64,000 bases of DNA from Polyangiaceae bacterium (GTDB taxonomy: Bacteria > Myxococcota_A > Polyangia > Polyangiales > Polyangiaceae), in NCBI GenBank assembly GCA_965222375.1, contig CBDCTZ010000003.1:1-64000 (forward strand), read 5' to 3'. Positions 57,035 through 64,000 of this stretch are shown here, piece after piece. Below the pieces are notes generated by a model. That model was given only the letters and a program-made list of their open reading frames with translations, did no database searches and was not told the origin of the DNA. Position numbers and translations under genes: made by a program. Within the stretch, counting starts at the first letter, position 1; each line of letters starts with the position of its first letter.

Positions 57035-58084
57035 CTACTCGGCGATGACCGTCGAAAAGATCTTTGCGATTTCACCATGCCCAGTTGGGTTGGGGTGAAT
57101 GCAGCTGGCGTCGAACCAGTTCTTCGCCCCGGGGCCACGATAACACTGGCCATTGGCGTCTCCGGCCTTGTAGCCGTGCCCGCAGAACTCTTCACCCATG
57201 AAGATCATGTCGCTCTTCGTATCGACCGCGATCTTCATGTAACCCTCACGTAGCGCCTTGAACACCGCCAGCCCAGCTGGCCACTTCCCACTCAGCCCTA
57301 CGGTGATTGCGAGAGGACAGGAGCTCATTTCCGTGGTCGCGTCCGTGTACTCGTAGACGTTGGCGAAGGCGACGTAGGAACCATTTGGGAAGTTGTTCGG
57401 GTCTTTCAGCTTCTTGACTTGAGCGTCCAGGGCAGCAACGAGTTCTCCGGCCTTCTTGACGCCATCCACTTCGTTCAGCTTTGACGTTGCCATCGGCACG
57501 ATGTCGTTGCCGCCGATTGTGAACACGATCAAAGTCTTTTTGTTGTCACCGCCACCAGGGAAACACTGCGTAATCTGACCAGCGATGTCGCCAATGTCCG
57601 CGCCACCCTTGGCGCAGCTGTCAACCTGTAGCCCGGGGAACTTCGCTGTGAGATCGGCACCTAGCAGCGTGCGGTAGAAGCCACTTTGTGGCGTCGGAAA
57701 ACTGCCATCGGTGATGGAGTCCCCGAGGAAGACCAGCCTCTCTACGCCCTGAATGTCTTGGTGGTTGGTACCCTGGCAGTGGCTACCGATGGTGGGGTTG
57801 AATTGGTCGTAGTCGACACTGATGGCTCCATCGTAGATGTCCTTGAAACACTCGGATGCTTTGGGACCACTGGACACGTTGCCGGTTCCGCCCGTGGCGC
57901 TCCCCGCGGCACCGCCTGGGGCCCCTGCTGTGCCCCCGCTGGCAGCTCCCCCAGCTCCCGCCATAGCACCTATGCCAGCGGTACCGCCGGTGTTGTTGTT
58001 CGACGAGTCTTCGCTAGAGCCGCCGCAGGCGATGAGCGCCGAAGCGGTGAAGAACCAAGTGCCCAGTGCCGCCGCGTAATTCAT
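57035..58084 (-). CDS. SGNH/GDSL hydrolase lipoprotein
   Basis: Lipobox LIAC, Gly stalk, FLGDSIT, TIGGND, D..CIHPN..GH. Confidence 0.9.
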   Translation of the reverse strand: MNYAAALGTWFFTASALIACGGSSEDSSNNNTGGTAGIGAMAGAGGAASGGTAGAPGGAAGSATGGTGNVSSGPKASECFKDIYDGAISVDYDQFNPTIGSHCQGTNHQDIQGVERLVFLGDSITDGSFPTPQSGFYRTLLGADLTAKFPGLQVDSCAKGGADIGDIAGQITQCFPGGGDNKKTLIVFTIGGNDIVPMATSKLNEVDGVKKAGELVAALDAQVKKLKDPNNFPNGSYVAFANVYEYTDATTEMSSCPLAITVGLSGKWPAGLAVFKALREGYMKIAVDTKSDMIFMGEEFCGHGYKAGDANGQCYRGPGAKNWFDASCIHPNPTGHGEIAKIFSTVIAE

Positions 58085-58188
58085 GTCGCGGGAAGCCTAG
58101 CTGAAAGCACGCTTAGGGGTAGCGATGATCGGGACAATTGTGGGCTTCGCCGCACTGCGTCGAAGCTCGCCGCAAACCGCCGCACGGC

Positions 58189-59715
58189 TCACTCTCGAGA
58201 TAGGCTGCCAAAGCCCGTGGTGGGTTTGGGCGCCGGCTTGGTGGACGTCGACTTCGGAGCGGGCCTGGGCGTGGGTCGCCTTGCCGTCGGCGCAGGCGGC
58301 CGTGCGTTGGCCGGCGGTGATGTCCTACCTTGTACGCTAGCGTCCGCGCCGTCCACGTTGAGGATCTCGTTTGGCGGCGTGTCCGCCGCGCTAGGGCCAC
58401 CCCTAACGGCAGGACTTGTCGCCGTTGCCGGTCCGGTCGCTGGCGATTGGAGCTCGCGCACCGGATCGGGCGCAGCAGCTTCCACGCTGGGCTCCGCGGC
58501 GCGCACGCGCACTACCACAATGATGACGATGGCCACCACACCGAACACACAGGCCAATGCAGCCGCGGCGAACCACAACGCGCGCCGTTGGATCGGTGGC
58601 CCCGGCCGCATGGAGCGAGCGACATTGGCACTCGAGAGGTTGCTATTGACGGGTTCGCTGACCCCGGGATGGCTAGTGCGACCGGTGTCCAGCTGATCCT
58701 CTGACACGGATAGACGAGAGGCATAGGCACGCGCCGCTTCAACACCAGATACGGTGGATACGCTTTCCAAGCCCGCCAGCAGGGCGACGCGTTCGGAAAG
58801 GGACGCCTCCGCCAACTCCTCGACCCAGGCACCGACATCTGCTGCCGGTGCGGGACGGAAAGCCCGCTCCATGGCAACCGCCATGTCCTGAGCCGTGGCG
58901 TAGCGTTTGGCTGGATCCACCGCCAAGCCGCGCATCACGATCAAATCGAGTTCCTTCGGCACGGCATTGACGTAGGCACTGGGCGGCGTTTTCGCGCCAC
59001 GGAGGATGTTGTTTACAGTGGCACCCGGATCGTTCTTCGCGAACAATCGGCGTCCGGCAAGCATTTCCCACAGCACGATGGAGGCTGCGTACACATCCGA
59101 TCGGCGGTCCACAGGGCGCTCTCGAAACTGCTCCGGGGACATGTAGGCTAGCTTGCCCTTGAGTTGACCTTCTCGAGTCGTCTGGATGCGGTTGCTGGCC
59201 TTGGCGATACCAAAGTCCGTGACGCGGCTCACGCCGTCGAGACCGACGAGCAAGTTCTGAGGGGACACATCGCGGTGCACGATTTCGAGGGGCTCACCTC
59301 GTTCGTTTCTTGCGTCATGAGCGGCGTGCAACCCGTAGAGCAGGTCGCACGCCACTTTAGCGGCGATGCTGGGGACTACCGGACGACCGGCCTGGAGCCT
59401 CAGCAAGCTGGAGAGTGCCTCGCCCTGCACGAATTCCATCACCAGCAACAGCTCGTCATCCGCAGCCACGATATCCAGCACGGGCACGACATTAGGGTGC
59501 CGGATTCGCGCCGCTAGGCGCGCCTCGTCCAAGAACATGGACACGAACTCCTTGTCCTTGGCGTAGTTGGGGTGCAGCCGTTTGACCGCCACGGTGCGTG
59601 CAAAACCAGCTTCGCCGAGCAGCCGCGCGAGATGCACGGTGGCCATACCGCCGCTCGCCAGCTCGGAAAACAGAGCGTAGCGCCCTACGAGCTTCTGCGG
59701 TTTCGGCTCGCTCAT
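58189..59715 (-). CDS. Ser/Thr protein kinase, membrane-anchored
   Basis: LASGGMATV, VAVKRLH, HRDVSPQN, DFGIAKA, GKLAYMSPE; TM helix and Pro-rich tail. Confidence 0.95.
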   Translation of the reverse strand: MSEPKPQKLVGRYALFSELASGGMATVHLARLLGEAGFARTVAVKRLHPNYAKDKEFVSMFLDEARLAARIRHPNVVPVLDIVAADDELLLVMEFVQGEALSSLLRLQAGRPVVPSIAAKVACDLLYGLHAAHDARNERGEPLEIVHRDVSPQNLLVGLDGVSRVTDFGIAKASNRIQTTREGQLKGKLAYMSPEQFRERPVDRRSDVYAASIVLWEMLAGRRLFAKNDPGATVNNILRGAKTPPSAYVNAVPKELDLIVMRGLAVDPAKRYATAQDMAVAMERAFRPAPAADVGAWVEELAEASLSERVALLAGLESVSTVSGVEAARAYASRLSVSEDQLDTGRTSHPGVSEPVNSNLSSANVARSMRPGPPIQRRALWFAAAALACVFGVVAIVIIVVVRVRAAEPSVEAAAPDPVRELQSPATGPATATSPAVRGGPSAADTPPNEILNVDGADASVQGRTSPPANARPPAPTARRPTPRPAPKSTSTKPAPKPTTGFGSLSRE

Positions 59716-59745
59716 GTTAACCTTTTCAGGATAGCACGGGGCTCC

Positions 59746-60231
59746 TCAGTCTCGGAACAATGAGCGCAGTTGGTTCAGGTACCACTGAGGGAAGGCGTGG
59801 CGCTCTGCGGCGGAAATCATGATGCGTAGGTACGCCGCAGTCGGGCGAACGGGCTCCTGTCGAAGGTACTCGGGGCGCACCGCGTACACCCAGGCGTCGA
59901 AGGCGCCGGCATCCGCCGTGGTCACCGGCCGAAGCTGTCGCTGGTAACGCTCCGGGTGGCCCTCTTTCGCGTCGAGCGCTGAGAGCCCCTTCGCGTCGAC
60001 TTGGAGCAGTAACCCTGGCAGGGGCCGGTCGCCGCCGGCGCCCACATTGGCCGCAGCGCCCTGGCGCACCTCGGAGTAGTAGTTCCAAACCAGAGTGTGC
60101 CCAGGCAGCGCCGCCACCACGCTCTCAAACACCGCGAGGGGCTCTCGCCGTCGCTCTCGGCACCAGCGTCGCAGATCGTCGAGATCCATGTTGGAGCCGT
60201 AAGCGAAAACCCAGTGCAGCACTGCCCTCAT
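59746..60231 (-). CDS. Gamma-glutamylcyclotransferase family protein
   Basis: FAYGSNM, AAN, LDAKEG, Y.R, AWVY, PT..YL. Confidence 0.88.
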   Translation of the reverse strand: MRAVLHWVFAYGSNMDLDDLRRWCRERRREPLAVFESVVAALPGHTLVWNYYSEVRQGAAANVGAGGDRPLPGLLLQVDAKGLSALDAKEGHPERYQRQLRPVTTADAGAFDAWVYAVRPEYLRQEPVRPTAAYLRIMISAAERHAFPQWYLNQLRSLFRD

Positions 60232-60281
60232 CCTGCAACCAATCCGCGACCGTCGCCAGCCTGGCGTGCTACTCACAGCGC

Positions 60282-61103
60282 ATGCGCTTGGTCCTGGTGC
60301 AGCCCCGCCTCTCGTACCTACCGGAGGCGGACAACCTCGGAGCAATCCGAGCGGCCCTGGCGGACGGGCAGGACGGCGTCCAAGCGGGGGACGTGCTCGT
60401 CCTACCCGAGCGCTTCCACCTCGGCGCCGATCCGAAAAGCTACGAAGCCAGCATGCAGCAGCTGGCGCAAGATCTAGGGTGCTACCTGGTGGCCGGCTCG
60501 CAACATCGCGCCGACGGCGAGCACATGGTTCATCGCGGCGTCTTGGTTGGACCGGATGGGAAGCTGCTCGGCGCCTACGACAAGCTGCGGCCTTATGCGG
60601 ACGAACGCCGCTTTGTTCAACCCGGGACCGCGACCGGAGAGTTCGTGATTCAGGGTCGCCGAATGCTCGTTCTGATCTGCGCAGACTTCTGGTTTTCAGA
60701 TCTGGTGCTGGCCGCATCGGCGCAGCCGGACCTGATCGTCGTTCCGGCACTCAGTGTGAGTCGCAAGAAATCTCCTCGCTACTCCCAAGTGATGTGGCGT
60801 CACTTGTGCGTCAGCCGCGCATACGAGTTGGGGACCTTTGTCGGGGTCAGCGATTGGGCGCACGAATCCGAGTTGCCTGCTCTCAAGTCCAGCGGCGTCA
60901 GCGGCTTCGCGGATCCGACGCAAGTTGACGCCGATCGGCTGTTCTGTCCCGTCGCGCCTGCTGCCGTGCGGAGCTTCCCCTTGGACTTCGATGCCCTCGA
61001 TCACTTTCGCCAGGACCGCCGCAGCCGAGGGTTCTTTTGGCAACCCGGTTCAGGCCCCGGGCCGTCTCTCGCGACGACTTCTGTGACGGCGGGAAAGAAG
61101 TAG
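60282..61103 (+). CDS. Carbon-nitrogen hydrolase (nitrilase superfamily)
   Basis: E-K-C triad: LPERF, YDKLRP, ICADF. Confidence 0.88.
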   Translation: MRLVLVQPRLSYLPEADNLGAIRAALADGQDGVQAGDVLVLPERFHLGADPKSYEASMQQLAQDLGCYLVAGSQHRADGEHMVHRGVLVGPDGKLLGAYDKLRPYADERRFVQPGTATGEFVIQGRRMLVLICADFWFSDLVLAASAQPDLIVVPALSVSRKKSPRYSQVMWRHLCVSRAYELGTFVGVSDWAHESELPALKSSGVSGFADPTQVDADRLFCPVAPAAVRSFPLDFDALDHFRQDRRSRGFFWQPGSGPGPSLATTSVTAGKK

Positions 61104-62780
61104 CACCAAGCCCCCGAGGCCCAACAGGGACGCAGGCGGCACCGCTGGTCCGGGGCCGCTCCGACACGAACATCCGTCGGCGTCATCCCCCGGAGGGCGC
61201 GCTGCTCCGGCACCCGCGCCCGCGTCGGCACCCGCGCCTGCACCGCCTCCGGCGCCCGCATCTGGCCCACCGGTGGCGCCAGCCACGGACAGCGTGAAGG
61301 CCTGCTCCGTGTCGGCGCCGGCGTCGTCACTCACGACGAGGCGCACGCTGACACTCGGGGGATCCGTCTTGGCGGGTGTCCAGCGCACTTCACCGCTGAC
61401 GGCATCCACGGTCATGGCACTCGGCGAGTCCAACAGCGCGAAAGACAGAACGTCATCTACGTTGAGATCCAGAGCGTCGGCGTCATAGATGTATTGCACG
61501 CCCACACTGGCGTCCGTGGGCGCTTGAGTCTGAAAGCGGGGCGCGTGATTGACGGGCTGCGCGAAGACGAACATGCCGCCGCTACACGGCCGAGACCCGG
61601 AGTGGGTCGGTTCTTCCGCCGACGAGTTGTCGGACGGGTAGTTGACTACGCCATTGGGGGTGGCGCCCGCGATCCACATCGTGCTCGAACCACCTCCGTC
61701 GAGATTCACGGCTTCAGTGCCACCAATTTCCGACGAAGCGATCCAGTCCGCCATCGCGCCTAAGGACATGCCGGCGGCATTGCCTCGCCTGCCGTCGACG
61801 GTTCCGAACATGATCGAGGCTCCCCCACTCACGCCAGCCCAGGTTCGTGGATTGGGGCCATTGAAGTTGGAGTTGGTGAAGCTCTCTTTTGCCCAATCGC
61901 TGGAAGTCGTGGCCTGCGCCGCCCTGACCAATACGGGACCGCCTCCATGGGCCTCCTCGGCCAGAGGCCAATCTGCGCCCTTGTTCACCACCTCGATGAT
62001 CGGCTTGCCCGCTGCCGTCAAACCGAAGGCGCCCCGGGACTGACTGTTCGTGCCAATCAAACTGCCACCGCTCTTGAGCAGCGACACGGGCGGACAGCCG
62101 CCACCCAGGCCAAAGTAGCCTCCGTTGATTCCCGCCGTGGCCCCCACCGCCTCGCCGATGGTCTGCACCGTTTGGCACCCCGTCGCGGCATGCGCTTCGA
62201 TTCTCAAGCCCGACGCGCCCGGGTCGATCATCAGGACGTTCGTGACTTGTGGCCCGCCGCTGTGGTTCGGGTAGCGCCGAGCTCGCCAGCGAACTCCGTC
62301 AGCAACCATTTGCTCGGCCCAATCGTCGCCAATCGCGTACATGCGCAGGACGAAGGGCCCCGCTTGCGCCACGCCTTTGAAGCTATCGACGACGACGAAG
62401 CGCGTGCCCGCCGTCATCTCTGCCTCCGCGATGCGATTGCCGCGACTGACGCAGCCGGTGGCCTCCCCGCCGGCGACACTCAGATCCGTGAGCAGGTGCA
62501 CGTCGACATCCACGGGCGCCGCCTCTTCCACCCAGGCCGTGACCCGCGCATCCTTGGGTAGCGTGAATTGGAATATGCGCTCCGGCCCGGACTCGTCCGT
62601 ATTCGTGGCACACGAGTAGCTCTGGATGACGCTCGAAGGCGCGCTCAGTGTGCTCGACTTGAGTGCGTAGGGCATCGCATCCACGACGATGGGCTCGTCG
62701 GTGGTGCCAGGGGCAAGCTCCGCAGCGGCCTGAGCCGCAACGCACAGCACCCCGAGCATGAGGAATAATCCCCGTCGCAT
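61050..62780 (-). CDS. Phosphodiester glycosidase (NAGPA-like) with Ig/cadherin-like domain and MYXO-CTERM-type tail
   Basis: INGGYF, PRT..G, VDGR, NLDGGGSS; NHAP..DALD..G.VRWTP..V.DD; C-terminal GCSC..TM..RRHR. Confidence 0.85.
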   Translation of the reverse strand: MRRGLFLMLGVLCVAAQAAAELAPGTTDEPIVVDAMPYALKSSTLSAPSSVIQSYSCATNTDESGPERIFQFTLPKDARVTAWVEEAAPVDVDVHLLTDLSVAGGEATGCVSRGNRIAEAEMTAGTRFVVVDSFKGVAQAGPFVLRMYAIGDDWAEQMVADGVRWRARRYPNHSGGPQVTNVLMIDPGASGLRIEAHAATGCQTVQTIGEAVGATAGINGGYFGLGGGCPPVSLLKSGGSLIGTNSQSRGAFGLTAAGKPIIEVVNKGADWPLAEEAHGGGPVLVRAAQATTSSDWAKESFTNSNFNGPNPRTWAGVSGGASIMFGTVDGRRGNAAGMSLGAMADWIASSEIGGTEAVNLDGGGSSTMWIAGATPNGVVNYPSDNSSAEEPTHSGSRPCSGGMFVFAQPVNHAPRFQTQAPTDASVGVQYIYDADALDLNVDDVLSFALLDSPSAMTVDAVSGEVRWTPAKTDPPSVSVRLVVSDDAGADTEQAFTLSVAGATGGPDAGAGGGAGAGADAGAGAGAARPPGDDADGCSCRSGPGPAVPPASLLGLGGLVLLLSRRHRSRRERRPGA

Positions 62781-62909
62781 TGCAGCGTTTTAGCACGCAA
62801 AGCCGCGTGGACAGTGGGTCAGGCGCCCGCGGCCCAAGAGCCGGCCCCGGCAAGCTTCGATTTGGCGGTATGCTCCGGGGCGCGCGAGGCCGCGTGTCAA
62901 GGAGAGTGG

Positions 62910-63770
62910 ATGAAGACCCGCAAGTTGGGCGGCGATGGGTTGGAGGTGAGTGCGATTGCACTTGGAGGCATGCTGCTGTCGATCAGCGGCAGACCACCTG
63001 AAGACCAAGCCATCGCCACGGTGCACGCCGCGCTGGATGCCGGCATCAGCTTCATCGACACCGCGGACGCGTATTGCATGGACGACCGCGACTTCAATCA
63101 CAACGAAGCGCTGTTGCGCAAAGCCTTGAAAGGGCGCAGTGAGCAGGTCATCGTCGCAACCAAATGCGCGTGCCGCCGCCCGGGTGGGGCTTGGACCGTG
63201 GATGGACGCCCTGAAGTGCTCAAAGCTGCCGCCGAAGCCAGCCTGTCCGCTCTGGGCGTAGATTGTCTCTCGCTACTGCAGTTGCACGCTCCTGATGCCC
63301 GCGTGCCCTTCGAAGACAGCGTCGGTGCTCTGGCCGCGCTGGTGGAAGAGGGCAAGGTGGCGAGGGTGGGGCTCTCCAACGTCAGCGTAGAACAGATCGT
63401 CAAGGCGCGTAGCATCGTGCCGATCGTGAGCGTGCAGAACCGTTGGAACGTGCAAGACCGCTCGGTCGAGCGGGACGGTGTGCTCGACTACTGCGAAAAG
63501 CAGGGCATCGCCTTCCTGGCCTATTCTCCCTTCGGGGGTACTCGCGGCGCGCCGCTGATTTCCACCGTGGGTCGGCTGCCCGACGAGGCAAGGCGCCGCA
63601 AACTCAGCGTCTACGAGCTGGTGCTGGCGTGGATGTTGGCAAAGAGCCCAGTGGTCGTTCCCATCGTCGGAGCGCGCCGGGTCGAGAGCATCAGCGGCAG
63701 CGCGAGCGCAGCCGATGTACGGCTCGGCCCCGATGACATCACGGCCATCGAGGCCGCTATGACCAGCTGA
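62910..63770 (+). CDS. Aldo/keto reductase
   Basis: AAGGAG SD; LGGM, IDTADAY, ATK, LLQLHAPD, VGLSN, SVQN, AYSPFGG, PIVG. Confidence 0.93.
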   Translation: MKTRKLGGDGLEVSAIALGGMLLSISGRPPEDQAIATVHAALDAGISFIDTADAYCMDDRDFNHNEALLRKALKGRSEQVIVATKCACRRPGGAWTVDGRPEVLKAAAEASLSALGVDCLSLLQLHAPDARVPFEDSVGALAALVEEGKVARVGLSNVSVEQIVKARSIVPIVSVQNRWNVQDRSVERDGVLDYCEKQGIAFLAYSPFGGTRGAPLISTVGRLPDEARRRKLSVYELVLAWMLAKSPVVVPIVGARRVESISGSASAADVRLGPDDITAIEAAMTS

Positions 63771-63781
63771 AGGCTCGTCGG

Positions 63782-64000
63782 ATGGAGTCGGGAGCACCGC
63801 GACCGCGAATCGTCATCGTTGGTGGAGGCTTTGGTGGCCTGGCAACCGCCCGCGGGCTCTCGGACTTCGACGCTGAGGTGATCCTGGTCGACCGGGCCAA
63901 CCACCACCTATTTCAGCCCCTGCTGTACCAGGTGGCGATGGCGGGGCTATCACCCGCCGACATTGCCGTACCCATTCGTCGGGTGCTGAGAGAACAACGC
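63782..64000 (+). CDS. Type II NADH dehydrogenase (NDH-2)-like FAD oxidoreductase, 3'-truncated
   Basis: Manual translation MESGAPRPRIVIVGGGFGGLATAR..VDRANHHLFQPLLYQVAMAGLSPADIAVPIR; absent from the ORF track because it has no stop. Confidence 0.88.
   Translation, partial: MESGAPRPRIVIVGGGFGGLATARGLSDFDAEVILVDRANHHLFQPLLYQVAMAGLSPADIAVPIRRVLREQR

Noticed and set aside
1..64000. Mobile elements, prophage, tRNA/rRNA, or recoding (Sec/frameshift)
   Set aside because: No transposase, integrase or phage motifs, no cloverleaf or rRNA signatures, and no conserved gene appears split by an in-frame stop or frame change.

Overview
High-GC, gene-dense bacterial chromosomal segment, almost certainly from a myxobacterium (Polyangiaceae-like). 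The signs are a MYXO-CTERM-type sorting tail, eukaryote-like Ser/Thr kinases, Gly/Cys-rich lipoproteins and an OMP-ECF sigma-anti-sigma triplet. About 59 CDS are supported. I found no rRNA, tRNA, CRISPR array, transposase or integrase. Recognisable blocks: (i) a 5'-truncated fused activase/reductase of the PlsA-PlsR/Ger type (anaerobic plasmalogen/ether-lipid enzymes); (ii) a co-oriented glpA-glpB-like pair followed by two radical SAM genes, one HxsC-like and one resembling the Tes/MJ0619 family with an FNR-like box upstream; (iii) a DUF4178-type gene plus a degenerate spermidine-synthase-like gene; (iv) TetR-MFP-RND efflux genes with a clear operator; (v) an orphan hxsB radical SAM maturase behind a structured, repeat-containing leader, with no His-Xaa-Ser precursor in the window; (vi) purine catabolism genes (allB, an allantoicase-OHCU decarboxylase fusion, uraH) with an embedded secreted DPW-repeat protein and a convergent CitE/malate-synthase-like enzyme; (vii) purE-purK, panE, sco and assorted hydrolases. 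Several intergenic regions hold unexplained structure: a ~245-nt nested inverted-repeat element, two degenerate tandem repeats and an unannotated 19-aa ORF with a strong SD. All family assignments come from recognising motifs by eye; no database search was run.
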